A DNA stretch of 64,000 bases from Octopus vulgaris (Eukaryota), in assembly GCA_951406725.2 (NCBI GenBank), contig OX597816.1, positions 142,042,001 to 142,106,000 on the forward strand. The letters run 5' to 3'. A program made the position numbers and the translations under genes. The stretch's first letter is position 1. Every line of letters begins with the position of its first letter. The notes under the pieces are model-generated. The model searched no databases and was not told the DNA's origin. It was given only the letters and a program-made list of their open reading frames with translations. Below are positions 24,988 to 38,180 of the stretch, piece after piece.

Positions 24988-26063
24988 TCTTTTATCTTTT
25001 ATCTTTTACTTGTTTCAGTCATTTGACTATGGCCATACTGGGCAATGCCTTGAAGGGTTTCAGTTGAACAAATTGACCTTGGAACATATTTTTTAAACCT
25101 GGGTCTTATTTCATTGGACTACTTTTGCTGAACTGCTAAGTTACAGGGATGTAAACACACCAACACTGGTTGTCAAGCAGTGGTGGGGGATAAACACACA
25201 CACAAAGACATACACACATAGATATATACATACATATATATATATAGAGAGAGAGAGAGGAGAGTATCAGAATACCACTTGCTAGAAAGAGGAGCTAACA
25301 TATATATCTATATATCTATCTATATATATATATATATATATACTAGCAGAGATACCCAGCATTACTCGGGGTTAAAATGGCAGTTTTTTTATTCTTTTAC
25401 TTATTTCAGTCCTTTGACTGTGGCCATGCTGTTTGACCTTTAGTCAAACAGAAAGAAAGAAAGAAAGGAAGGAAGAAAGTAGCTTTAGGATCAACACCAC
25501 TAAAACCAATCCTATGGTTGCGATATGTTGATGACACCTTTATACTCTGGCTCTACCAGGAAGAAAATGTGCAATCACATGAAAACAGGGGCAAATTGTA
25601 ACTCACAAATGAATACTGCTGGCAGTACTGTGCAAGCAGTTGATAAGAGCTTGCCACAGCTGACAAAGTAAAGTATTGATTTTTCCAGCTTGGTGTGTGT
25701 CACATTTTTTTTTGCTGCCTCAAGCCAAATCCTAGGCGAATTGAGAGTAGTCTTTTTATGCTGGAGTTGCAGAATTTTGAGGAAAGAATTATAAGAAAAA
25801 GCGTCCTAAGTCAAAGAGAGCACACGTCAAATTTGGTGAAATTCAGTTGAAAATTGTAGGAGTAGAAGTGGTTCACACAACACACACACACAACAACTTG
25901 CCTTTTAATATATAAGATATATATATATGATGAGCTTCTTTCAGTTTCTGTCTACCAAATTTGGCAGCCCAAGGCTATAGTAGAAAATACATTCCTAAGG
26001 TACCATGCAGTGAAACTGAACCTAGAACCATATGATTGGGAAGCAAACTTCTTACCACACAGC
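24988..26063 (-). mobile_element. SINE family A, split at its internal microsatellite by a Helitron
   Basis: Tail half at 24988-25240 and head half at 25929-26063 are collinear around the insertion. Confidence 0.8.
25343..25917 (-). mobile_element. Non-autonomous Helitron with captured fragments
   Basis: Minus strand A|TCTTATATATTAAAAGGC ... CCCGAGTAATGCTGGG hairpin ... CTAG|T. Termini resemble the copy at 53530-53913. Confidence 0.75.
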
Positions 26064-26654
26064 AGAAAAATTAAAAAAGATATCCATATAAAAATATTCT
26101 GTTAAACTTTGAACAAAACCCAGGGAAATCATAACATCATGGGGGAAGAAAAAAGTAATAAAACTGAATTTATACAAACTATTTAATTTATTACAGAATT
26201 ATTGTTAAACTATACTCTATTATAATGAATTCCATTTAATGATTTATTTGTAATAAATTTATATTACTGAACACTCATAGCTTTTTATTCAAAATATTCA
26301 GCCACCAAATGCTCAACCCCGCCCCCTGTATTTCATGTTTGTTTGTCTGATTGATCGCTGTGTGTCTGGTCAGGTATGTCAGAAACTATCAAAGCTATAA
26401 AAGCCAATTTATGTTTATGTTCTATCAAAGACTGATTACTAAGCAAATTTAAAAAAAAAAAAAAAGTTGTGGTTGTTTTTAAATTTTTCTTGTTTTTGGC
26501 AATTTATTTGGTTATGAAGATATTAAATATGCAGCTCTGTTGCAGGTTATTGAAAGCTGAAATAATTTACATTAAAAATAAAATGTAACAGATTTACAAT
26601 TACTGTCATAGATGCATAGTAATACAGTTTCTTACAGATACTTCTTTATACTAC

Positions 26655-27060
26655 ATATAGGCACAAAGGCTGAAATTTTGAGAGAGGGAGCTAGCCAATT
26701 ACATTGAACCCATTGCTCAACTGGTACATCTTTTATTTATCCCAAAATGAGGAAAGACTAAGTGGAGCTTGATGGAATTTGAACTCAGAACACAATGCCA
26801 GAAGAAATGTCACTAAGCATTTTACCTGGTGTGCTAATGGTTCTGTCAGCTCATTGCTTTGACTTCTTGCAGATATTGGTTTCAAATTTTTGCACAATGC
26901 CAGCAAGTTTGACGGGAAGGGGGTAAGGCCTTGATCTCACATGGATCCCAGAGATCAAGTAGTACTTATTTTATCGACCTCAAAAGATGAAAGGCATGTG
27001 AATCAGAATGTAAAGACAGACAAAATGCCACTACTACATTGTAACAATTCTGCCACCTTC
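26655..27060 (-). mobile_element. Two adjacent SINE family B copies (Deu/Nin-domain-like)
   Basis: Reverse complement of GAGCTGGCAGAA..TTAGCA..GAGTTCAAATT..CTTTCATC..GATAAAATAAGTACC..CCTTGTGCC. Confidence 0.75.
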
Positions 27061-27593
27061 ATTTCTTCCAGATATTAATGACTATAATTGTTTAGAAGTA
27101 CAAACTCTTTCCCACTCTCTCTGTTTGTTTTCTTTAATAGTTTAATCTGGAAGAAAAACTACCCATGGCTTTTGCTCACTGTTCAAAACTGGTGATATCA
27201 ATGCGGTTGATGCTTACTTGAATAATCCAAATTGATCCTTGTAGGAAAATTATAAACAGGGCGTGTATTCATAAGGGATAATGTTCTATAAGGTAAGGGC
27301 TGAGTAAAGTGATAAGTGCAGGAGATGTGAAGTAGTCACAAAATGGTCTTGAAAGGAAGACAGACAGGTAAGTTAGCTGAGCCTGAGAAGAGGTGTTATA
27401 AGGTTAAGCCATGTTATAAGAAGCAGGGTTAAGAGACAGCATAACTGTATGCCAAAGGCCAGAGTGGGTTAGGGAAATGCCAATCAGTAGGGTGGACTTT
27501 CTGGGGTGGGAGGAAGCAGTTAGTAGGTGGATAGACAGATAGACAAACAGACAGAAAAATAAACAGATATAACCAGGAACAAGAGATATGAAA

Positions 27594-27818
27594 TTAACCC
27601 ATTAGCATTTAATCTGATGATATTTGGACCCAGATATTCTACCTGTTTTATGTATAAACTGACCAGATCCAACCTCTCACAGCTACCCTATAATTTCATT
27701 CAATATATAAATATACCATTGAGACTGCCAAGCTACAAGATGATTCATGATTAATTCAAAACAATGTGAATAAATAAGTAATACGTTTTACAAAGAAATC
27801 TGAACGCTAAAAGGTTAA
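27594..27818. mobile_element. piggyBac-type MITE (same family as 62519-62749)
   Basis: TTAA-CCCATTAGCATT ... AACGCTAAAAGG-TTAA; internal sequence homologous to the second copy. Confidence 0.75.
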
Positions 27819-27963
27819 GGCAAAGAAAAGGATGTGTTTTTCACCAAAGAATAAGAGAGTATGATTAAAGTTATTTTGGACCGACTGATGAGACTGGGTG
27901 AATGAATTTATTGTATGGATAATAAGATGGAAATGCATAAGGTAAAATATACATGGAAGTAAG

Positions 27964-29208
27964 TATTGGATCATCCCAATAATGCAGCTCTTTTATACTT
28001 CTTTTATTTTTCAAAATTTAGATAAACAAAGTTCTTTTTTAATCTAAAATATATTCTCCATTTTCTACAATGTTCTTCCATCTATTTAGTAGACTTGCAA
28101 GGCTCCTCTTCCAAAATTCATTTCTCCGTGATGAAAAATACTCCTCCACTACTGTTCTGTCCTTTTCTAGAGAATTCATATTTTCTCCATCCAAATGATT
28201 TTGAAGACTGCGGAATAAATAATAATCAGATGGGTGGGGCATCGTTTTCCTTTCAAACTGCTCCAGCCTTTGGAATGTCATCCTCACTGTATGTGGCAGA
28301 GCATTATCCTGATGGAAGAACACCTTTTATCTTGAAACTAAAGATGATCGTTTTCCTTCTATCACTGACACTCAAGCTACTCACAGTAGATCTCCTTTGT
28401 TATTGTTTGGTTTGGATTTAATAGTAGACTAAACCTTTCATATCCTACCAAACAGACAACACCTTACATGGGTGAAGACATTTGGCCTGGGGTACTAGTG
28501 TTTCTTCTTTCCCTACCCACTGTCTTCAGCACTTAGCATTTTTATAGAGAATCCTTTTCTGATCACCAATCACTATTCAATTGAAGAAAGATTCATTCAT
28601 GAGGCATAACAGCAAAGAAAAGCACACATTCACTCTCTGCGCCTAATTAGACTCAGAAAGTATGTGAGGAACCCATTGACCCAATTTGCTGACTTTTCCA
28701 ATGTCATGCAGATATCGATGAATGGTTGAATGACCAAATCCAAGCTTTTCTGCTTATTCCTCAGCAGTTATGATAGGATTTTGTTCCACCAGGGTTTGCA
28801 GGACATCCTCATTGAGCTCTACAGATCTTCCAGGACAAGGCTCATCTTCTATGCTATAGTTTCCAGCTAGGAATTTTTGGAACCACTGTTGACACTGGCT
28901 TACGCTTATTGTCCAATCCCCAAATACAGCATTAATATTCCTCGCACTTTCCATTGTGCTGTTGCTTTTATTGAACTCATAAAGCAAAATATGCTGAATA
29001 TGCTTCCTTTGTCACTTCCATTATAGTTTTGAAAACATAACTGTTAAAAATCGAACTGCATTCTTCAAAACTTGCGCTAAGAATAAGTACAAGGTAAAAT
29101 TAATACCTGCTTTTATAGCAATTTGATGCAGGTAGTTTATCTCATACCCTTCCGACTTTTGGTTTATGCAAATGAAAGAAAAAGTATTATTTAGGGGATG
29201 ACCCGATA
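27964..29208 (-). mobile_element. Full-length decayed mariner (DD34D-type) transposon
   Basis: TIRs TATTGGATCATCCC / GGGATGACCCGATA with TA ends; ~1.25 kb. Transposase runs from ATG 29021 (MEVTKE..LYEFNK..ARNINAVFG..CQQWFQKF..IEDEPCPGRS) to 28039 (FFHQDNALPH, PSDYYLFRSLQNHL), with stops and frameshifts. Confidence 0.9.
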
Positions 29209-30634
29209 GTTACATAAAATTATGACAATAGTAATTTTTTCAATTTAGCAAGCTGACTTATTCCATACTAAGAGATGCCAACACAAGACAGTGAAGAGAA
29301 TGACTTTGAAAGTAGAGCAAAGAAGCCTCAAAGTGGCTGTTCAGCCTACACAAAATAGTAGCCGAGTTTGCAAAGCACAAGGAAAACAAAAAGGAAGGAC
29401 ACATTGAATAAAGAAATCTTAAATATTCCATTTCCGAAAACATGATGGTAGTTATGATCAAATTGCTTTTGGTCATACATCTGCTCAATCAGGACTAACC
29501 CAGGGCTGAAAAATAACAATAATAAAAATATGAAACACCAGGAATAGAACTCACCTGTATTTCATTTATCCAACAGATTTTTACATAAAAAGCAAAAAAT
29601 TAATTTCTTTGGGATGTCATTTTTTATTTTTTTCATGGCATTATACACACTCGCATGCGCACACATGCACGCACACACACACACAATCTTCAGCTCTAGT
29701 AATCTGTAACATTTATATTCAATCATAGTGTTACATTCAAACATCTATCTTCCCTTATATTTCTGAAGTCAATAATGTGGAAATTTGAAACCAGCAGAGC
29801 ATATACACAATGCAAACTGAAAAGCTGCTGGTGCAAGTTAATAATAATTGCATTATAATCAAAGACAGATGCATTATTAAATTTAATATCCTCTTTCAAC
29901 TCAGCACTTTTGATAATCTAATTTGATAGTGTGATGTAACAAACTAACAGTTATACTTCATTTCTATCTCAAGGGAGATATCTAATAGTTTACAGCTCTT
30001 AAGATATTGAAGTATTATACAATGTCATTTCACTACACAAAATATAAGTTTGAAGGTTTCACACACAAATCTTATCAAAGAAGACAAAACTTCCTGTCAG
30101 TTCCCCTACGAAATATTAAGTTGAATTCCTTCCCAATTAAATTATCCCCAGAGCAACATAAAGCAATCTCCAAAAGCAATTTATCATCAGATATTTCACC
30201 ATCACTTCATGTTTTCCCATTGGTCTTTCTGTTCACAGCTGACTAATTTATGTTAGAGCTAGTACAATTAGTTTATGGAAGCATTGCAATACCTATTCAA
30301 AAATTTATCTAAATTTGTAGGAGCAACCAACCCATTCAAACTTAGAACGATAGAAAGAAATGTTTTGGAAAGTAAATAAAACAATTTGTAGTCATATCAT
30401 ATTTGATCTCACAAAAGTGGTGAAATAGTTACTTGGAATAACATGGAATAGAGATATGTGCTGATAGTATGGATACACACATACACGCACACACATGTGC
30501 ACATATATACACATATATACTTGCATTGAGTATTGTTCTGTAGTTAACAATAGTCAACCTTAATAAAATATAGCTCTGTACCACATGCATTCAGTACATG
30601 ATTCTTTGTTAGCAACATAAATGTACAAATACAA

Positions 30635-30678
<44 letters not shown>

Positions 30679-31164
30679 CACACACACACACTCACACTCA
30701 CACACACACACATATATATATGTGCATATGTACATTAACATTATCATCATCATCATTACAAATATTATTATCTTCAAACATGAACGTGTGATAGCTTGAT
30801 AGAAACTGAGAAGCAAACATTAGCAGCTGGTAACAGCCAGAATACAATTACATTCAACTATAAGCAATGTATTCAGTTTTCGAGCAAGTTACTTTACACC
30901 ACTTGCTTCTTTTTAAGTAAATGGTAACTAAATAATAAAAACTTACCCTGTTTATTACTACTAGGACTGGAATACATAGCATTTTAAAACTACCTAGATG
31001 CAGGTGAAAGCTAAGTGGTTCAGAAGTCTGCTTTGCAATTGTGCTTTCCAGGTTCAATTCCATTTGTCAAGTATCTTCTATTATGTCATTTGTACTTGGG
31101 TGGACCAAATATCTTATGAGTGAAATCTAGTAACTGTGCAGAAGCCTTTTACACATGTACAGAC

Positions 31165-31525
31165 ACAGGTGTGGCTGTGTGGTAAGAAGCTTGCTTCCCA
31201 GCCACATGGTTTCAGGTTCAGTCTCATTGCATGACTCCTTGGGCATATGTCTTCTACTATAACCTTGGGCCAACCAAGCCTTTTTGAGTGGATTTGGTAG
31301 ATGAAAACATTATGTGTGTGCATGTGCATGTGTGTGTGTGTGTGTCCGTCCTTCTACTGCTTGACAACCAGTGTTGGCATGCCTATGTTCCCCATAATTT
31401 AATGGTTCAGCAAAAGAGACCAGGCATTAAAAGAAATAAGTACTGGGATCAATTCATTTGACTAACAGATCTTCAAGGCAGTGCTCCAGCATGGCCACAG
31501 TCAGATGACTGAAAGTAAAAGATAA
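31165..31525 (+). mobile_element. SINE family A
   Basis: GTGGCTGTGTGGTAAGAAGC head to CAGCATGGCCACAGTCAGATGACTGAAAG tail. Confidence 0.85.
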
Positions 31526-31877
31526 CTGGCATCAACACTTTACATCCACTTCCATGCTGGCATTAACTGGATTGTTTATATCAATCCAGGTCACTTCATA
31601 TCTGAAGTTATAGCTCTTTATAAGATAGAGTGAGGGAACACATCTTACTCATACCTTTATTTTGGGATGGTTTCTGCAACTAGATGCCTTTCTTAACACC
31701 AGTTACTTTACAGAGTGTTCTGGTAGTATTTATTTGTGGCACCAGCACTGTGAAGGTTGCCTTGTCTTCAGTAAGATAAAACTAAAGAGTTTTCTTGGTC
31801 CAACATTTTCTCAGTTCATTCAATAATCAATTTACAGAGTGAACTGAGTAGACCCAATAAAGTGATCTATCTGTCTA

Positions 31878-31920
<43 letters not shown>

Positions 31921-33402
31921 GCTTGACTGTCTATTTGTTTGAATGCCTGCCTGTCTGTGTGTGTGTGTGTTATAAAAAGAGATCAATAAATGACTATCTG
32001 TCTGAATAAGAACCATAACACATACTATTGAAAGTAGTACCCCAGTATGATCATAGTCAAAGGATGGAAACTGGCAAAAGAACAAAAGAAATCTTATGTA
32101 ACATCAACAATAAACACATAAATTTTTGTTTTTAATAGACTTTCATACTAAACATTAAAATTATAACCACATGTAAGCTGGGACTGAACCAATATTCTTT
32201 GTTTACATATTTATTATTCTTTGTCTCAATTGATATTCAGACCTTTTCATAATATGACATGTTTATTTTATGATTTCACTGTTTTATAATTGTTATATAA
32301 AGTATTTCACATTATATGTAGCATAAAGTAAAAATTTTATCTCGACCTTTTAAATTCCCCATACACAAAGCTGTTTACTTTGAGAATTTTTTTTAATTTT
32401 GCAAGAACATTTCACTGAATACTGTATCAGTTCTGACAATTTATCATAGAATAATACTTTGAAGTTATTTCCTCAAGTGGTTATATTAAAAATATTTACC
32501 AAGCACTTATCTTCAGTTAGATTCCAATGAAAATATTAGAGTTGAAAATTGGCTATTTAAAAGAGCATTATTGCATCATTTTAAAATGAGGTTTTTGAAG
32601 AATCTGAGAGAGTATAATAATTATCTTAATTTTTGTTCTTTAAATCCGATTAAATTTTATTAGGAAACGTATCATATTCCCTATCCCATTTTTATGATAA
32701 TTTGAAAATTGCTTCAGTAATGTATAATTTGATAATCACACCAGGTATTTTTATCAGGAATTGAATTCATGAGTTTCTTTCCCCATGAAGCAATTTTCCG
32801 TAATAGCCAATATTTTCTAGCCTTTTGTAAGAATTTAGAAGCAATTATATATCAATAACTGACTTCATAAACTAAATGAAGTATTTTATAAAAAGAAAAT
32901 TATGGATTTAAAAATAAACAGCTTTATTAGAATAAAAAAAAATTAACTTTTAATTTATGGCTTCCTGGTAAGGAGGTATCTGTTTTATTTTCTTTTATAA
33001 ATTTTCATTGTTGCTTTCACCATCAATACTTTTACATGAATATTACCAAGCTGGTAAGAAATAAATGGTCAATTTGATGGCCATTTCTTTTTATAGACCA
33101 GTTATATTTGCACCTGTCTATTGATATGAGTTTTCCAATTTAATATTCTTTATTGTATTTTTGTTGTAAAGTTATGATTACTAATCAGTAAATCAAATTA
33201 GCAATCATATACACATAACAGAATAGCCACCTAATTGCTTTGTAATATATTAATTAAAGTAATTTTCCTGGGAAACAATTTTATATCATAAATGATGTGG
33301 TGTAGTAATAAGCCTGTAGAGGGTGAGTGACAAAAGAATTTCATACTATTCAGAGTTAGAACAGAATAAAAGAGAGAGAATTTAACAATATATATTTCTA
33401 AA

Positions 33403-33600
33403 CTAGGTACAATGGCTGAAATTGGGGGTGGGAGAGGTTAATTGATAGCTCAGTAGTTAACTGCTATTTCATTTTGTTGACCCCCCCAGAATAAGGATGA
33501 AAGGCAAAGTTGACCTCAGTGAGATTTGAATTCAGAATGTTAAGAGCCAGAAGAAATTCTGCAAGACTTTTTGTTTGACACTTTAACAATTTTGCCAATG
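33403..33600 (-). mobile_element. SINE family B (decayed)
   Basis: AAGGATGAAAGGCAAAGTTGACCTCAG..ATTTGAATTCAGAATG. Confidence 0.7.
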
Positions 33601-33867
33601 CTCTTAATGTGTTTTTAGTAAAATGAACAATATGAAATATTTGTCTTTTACACAGATTTCTTTTACTGAGCAGTTAGTTCTTGTCTCTTCTAACATTCTC
33701 TTTACTAATAATTCTATACAATGTCCCAGACCTATTGAGACAGTGAATTAACTCTGAAGTTTTTATTTTCATATATTTTGGGTAAACCAGAGGGTACAAT
33801 TCATCTATCTCTAACTATAGTCATAGCAGGAGCTGAACTTAATACCGCAAAACAATACTGTCTAATG

Positions 33868-34078
33868 CTGGCACAAGACCAACAATAATGAGGAGTGGGG
33901 AACAAGTCAATTGCACCAATCCCAGTACTTGACTGGTACTTTATTTTATAGACCAAAAAACAGACAAAATACAAATTTGACCTCAGTGGGATTTGAGGTT
34001 ACCATGTAAGGAGTGAGAAGAAATGCCACTAAACATTTTGTCTGATGGGCTAACGATTCTGCTGGCTCATTGCCTTGA
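33868..34078 (-). mobile_element. SINE family B
   Basis: GGCACAAG..CCCAGTACTTGACTGGTACTT..GCTAACGATTCTGCTGGCTC. Confidence 0.7.
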
Positions 34079-34157
34079 GTACTGCAAAATAATAAAAACA
34101 GTAGTCAATTAAAGAGTGCTCTTTCTGCTTGAAGTGGTAATCTATACCTCCTCAAGG

Positions 34158-34322
34158 CAGGGTCAGCCCTAGGGTTACTGGTATCCCAGGCAAGTGAACT
34201 TCAGTGTGTACAAACTGATAGTCATGGAAATTTCCTTGTCTTTGTCACACACTTCTTGATGCCCCCTAGCATATGGCACCCTGGGCAACTGCCTAAGTTG
34301 CTGATACCTTGAGCTGGCCCTG
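34158..34322. mobile_element. hAT-type MITE with perfect 8-bp TSD
   Basis: CCTCAAGG | CAGGGTCAGC ... GCTGGCCCTG | CCTCAAGG. Confidence 0.85.
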
Positions 34323-34659
34323 CCTCAAGGTCCCTATTTATAGTTAGATGGACCACTTAAAGTTAAGTGTCTTTGCCAAGGGTACTGTTAAACAGTGTCA
34401 AAAAGCTAGACATAAAAATTCTTTCACATCAAGAGAGTATCAAGGTCCACAATCTAGATGCCACGAGTAGATTTACTGTAAATTGTGGATAAAAAACTGA
34501 TTACAATATTTTACATTTGAATATGACTTGATATAAAATTGAGTCAAAAAATTATAAATATGAAAATCTTTTGGTTTTGAAAGACTAATAAACTCACTAT
34601 TTATGATTAGATAACCTTTGATATTAAGGTTTTGGCTCATATATTCAACATAGATTTAA

Positions 34660-35930
34660 GGTAGTGTAAAATAGGCTTGAGCACTAATACTGGAGAGCAT
34701 TTAGTCAGGGGTTCTATTTAGACAATAGTGTTCTGATAGAAAAGTAAATTTGAATTGTTTCATTACAAGTGAGCTAAAAGTATTTGTGGCTGGTGGTGTA
34801 AGTCATGTATGAGATGAGCTTAATATGAACTAGAGTGTTGCACACACACACACATACTTTTCTTGTTGCTGAAATGTTGTAACTATGAATGCTCTATGTT
34901 TGTGCATCGTCTTCTCGTTCTTCACTGTCTTCTATGTGTACTGTGAATGTTGTGGAGGTGTTTTATGCAACACCTATTATCTTTGGTTTCTTTGCATGAG
35001 TGTGTGAATTTGTGTGTGGTATGTCTGTTATCATTGTGTGAGTGAGTGGTTGTATCTGATGTTTTCTGGTGTTGCTGGTAAGAAAAGTAGATTTGGTAGA
35101 TGCTACATTACATCAGTTGTTGTGCTACTGAATTTGTTGTTTTAAAGGCAGGTTTTAGGTAAGTGATTCAGGCTTGGAATATTTGTGCATCTATATTTGT
35201 AGAATGGTGGGAGGATGTGTCTGAGATGTCATCTGCTCTGATATTACATGTATGCATTCAAGTACTGTGGGGAGGTTGCATAAGTACTGATTAAAAGATT
35301 GGGTGAGGGTATAAATCCTGATAGTGCAATTTGGGTATTTGTTAATTCTGGGTACATGGTTTATAAGCTTACTGACCTGAGAGATAGTCAGTATTTTGTT
35401 TCTGAAGAAGGTCTTGAATCTTTGATGTATAAGTGGATAGCAGAAAACAAAGTGTCAAGTTTTGATGATCTTGGTTATATTTTAAATGGTGCATGTGGAC
35501 TATTTTTTTATTATTTTGGAGCTAACATACACTTTCTGTGTGAGTTTCAGTTTGGTTGGGTACAATGGTCTAAATCCATACTATGAATCAGAGAAGAGAC
35601 TACTTGGGTTAGTGATATCAAAGATGTTTCATAAATGTTTGAGTGTGCATATAGAAGAGTGATGTGTTTGTGTGATGCTACTTCACATGAGTTTTAGAAT
35701 TCTAAGGATTTAACTCAGTTTCCAGATTCTAGGGACTTAGCAGTGTTGATGTCTGCCATGTTGTAGATGCAATTGTGGTTCTGTCAGGCTCTGAATCTTT
35801 TGAACTTTTGAATTTTCCTATTGCACCTTGGCTGTCTAGCAGAAGGATGTGGTCAAGGTCATGGTGAAAGTGAAAGGTGTATATTTTTCTCTTTGCATTC
35901 TTGTTCTCTTTGTCGGTCACTCCCATAGAA
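34660..35930 (-). mobile_element. Very old non-LTR retrotransposon RT remnant
   Basis: Minus strand gives degenerate GFIPSPNL (~35315) followed by ADDI (~35235), in RT motif order; heavily decayed. Confidence 0.35.
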
Positions 35931-36689
35931 AAGTCTAATAAGAATGTTTGCTTATTGTGGGTATAAATGCAAGTATGTTGTAGGAAAAAGTTTTTATGGC
36001 AGTGGAAGCAATCGGGCTGTTGTTGTTGTGGCTAATTATTTTCTATTTTATGTCAGATATAAGATATTTGCCAGTTTTCTGCTTTTCTTTATTTCTATGT
36101 TTAGTTATTTGATGTCAAGTTTTTCTTGTCATTGATGTTGTTGCTGTTTAAACTCAGATCAATCTTGTTCAAGCAAACCTATGATCAAAGGCAATTCAGC
36201 CTAACCTTCATGTCCTTCTAGAGATTATCTATGACAATAGTATCCAATGTATCTTTTGCATTCTTAAGACAGTAGAGTGACTTGAGTTTTCATGTATGGT
36301 TGTCACCATCAGATTTCATCCACAGGCAGTGTTTGACTGCGTTTTTCTTTGACATTTGTCGAATTTTCAATGATCAATAAGCATTCAGGGCATGATTATT
36401 CTGTTTTCTTTTCTAGCATATTGTATCCAGAACTAATTTATCCAGCATATTTAACAATACTAAAGATGGTAGGATGAACTTTGAAGGAGATTTGGCCAGA
36501 AATTCTGACAGGCTAAGAAATTGCAAATAAAGTCCTTGGTAGCCAGGTAGTTTAAGATGTCAAACTCAAGGTACACCTAAAGCAAAATATAAAGAATATT
36601 TCAATGTTTTTTCTTGGTATGATATCAACATAAATTCACTGTTTCATCTTTGCTGCTTAGACATTTACAAATGTAAAAAGACAGGTTTC

Positions 36690-37700
36690 TGATAGCAATA
36701 ACTCTACAGAACTGTACTGGTGACTTGTACGGTTTCTGTGGATTTGTTCTTCTAGATTATTTATCAGTGTTCCCTTACTCTAGAGAATTCCTTGAAAGTA
36801 ATGTTATTGCTCATGATATCAGCAAAGCATTTGACTATGACCATTACAAAAAACCCTTTGCATTAGTTGCATGACTCTCAGCTCCATTAATCTCTAATAT
36901 CTTGGATGAAAAGCTTCCTGTCAAACCATTCCATCAGAGTATGTACCAATAAAGTTCTCTCTGTCCCACACTTTGTAACTTACAGTGTACCTCCTAGTTC
37001 ACTTATATCTCCCATACTTTTTACTTTTTTGATAATGTCTATAAACACACACACAACACCCACCCAACCACCCACCCACACACACATGTAAATAATACTG
37101 TTTTAATCTAACATTTGCCTACAAGTGTCATCTACAAAAAACACTTACTCACATCATACTAGCCTTGCACAGCTTCTATCAAAGACAGCTTGTAAACATC
37201 CTTATACAGAAACATGACAGTCTGGTTTCTTTCAAGAGCATCAAATCACAATCACTACTCATCATACTTTCCCATCATATGAATGACACACAACCCCAAA
37301 CCCTAAAAAATCACAACATATGTGAGGTGTCTCAATCTCAGATGATCTTCAGTTGTGAATACCATGGAAAGTCATCTATTAAATTACTTACTCTGCACCC
37401 AAAAAAAACTAGAGTTCCTTTCAGAGCAAGAAAATATTTCAGCTCTGAACAGATACTGATCCTATAAAAATCGCAAGTATGGTCCATATTACTTCCATAT
37501 CTGTGAGTAATACTCTAACTTAACTACACCACAGGAACATTCTAGACTACATCCAAAATGGTAATTCAGCAGTTGTGAAAAGACTAACTCATCAATACAC
37601 TATGTTATATTTGTTATTTCTTCATGCTGTCACTTCTGCCACTATTATAATGGGTTTTGTTTCTCTAAATTAGCAGATAGCAGGCTACATACTACCTCCA
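36690..37700 (+). mobile_element. Old Jockey/CR1-group LINE RT remnant
   Basis: VIAHDISKAFD (~36805), SWMKSFLSNHSIRV and SVPPSSLISPILF (cf. GVPQGSVLSPTLF). Confidence 0.6.
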
Positions 37701-37984
37701 CCTATGCCTCTTCTCTGCCCATTCAAAAAAGTGCAGCCTAATAATGTATAGCATCTCAGTTTTTATTTCCAATTTTGCAGCAGTAGTTTTATGATTGCTA
37801 ATTGTCAGCATTGCTAGCAAGCTACACTTCTAAAATTAGAATAGAGAATATGTGAGTTGTCATATAACTCCTCTACAGTAAGAAACTGGTTTTACTCGTC
37901 CTTTTCTCTCATTCTTTATCCCTCTTTATTCCTTATTTTCTTAATATAAAGTTGTCTTTCCTCCTCAAAGCTGCATGTCAACCT

Positions 37985-38180
37985 CATAAGTGCTGGTTGA
38001 TGTGAAAAAGCACCCAGTACATGCCATAAAGTAGTTGGCTTTAGCAAGGGTATCACCTGTAGAAACTATGCGACAACAGACACTGGGGCATAATGCAGCT
38101 CTTGAGCTCCATCAGATCCAGTCAAACTATCCAACCTATGCTAGTTTGGAACATGGATATTAAATGAGGATAATGATGAA
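37985..38180 (+). mobile_element. Old RTE 3'-UTR copy
   Basis: GTGAAAAAGCACCCAGTACA..TCCAACCTATGCTAG..ATTAAATGAGGATAATGATG. Confidence 0.65.
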
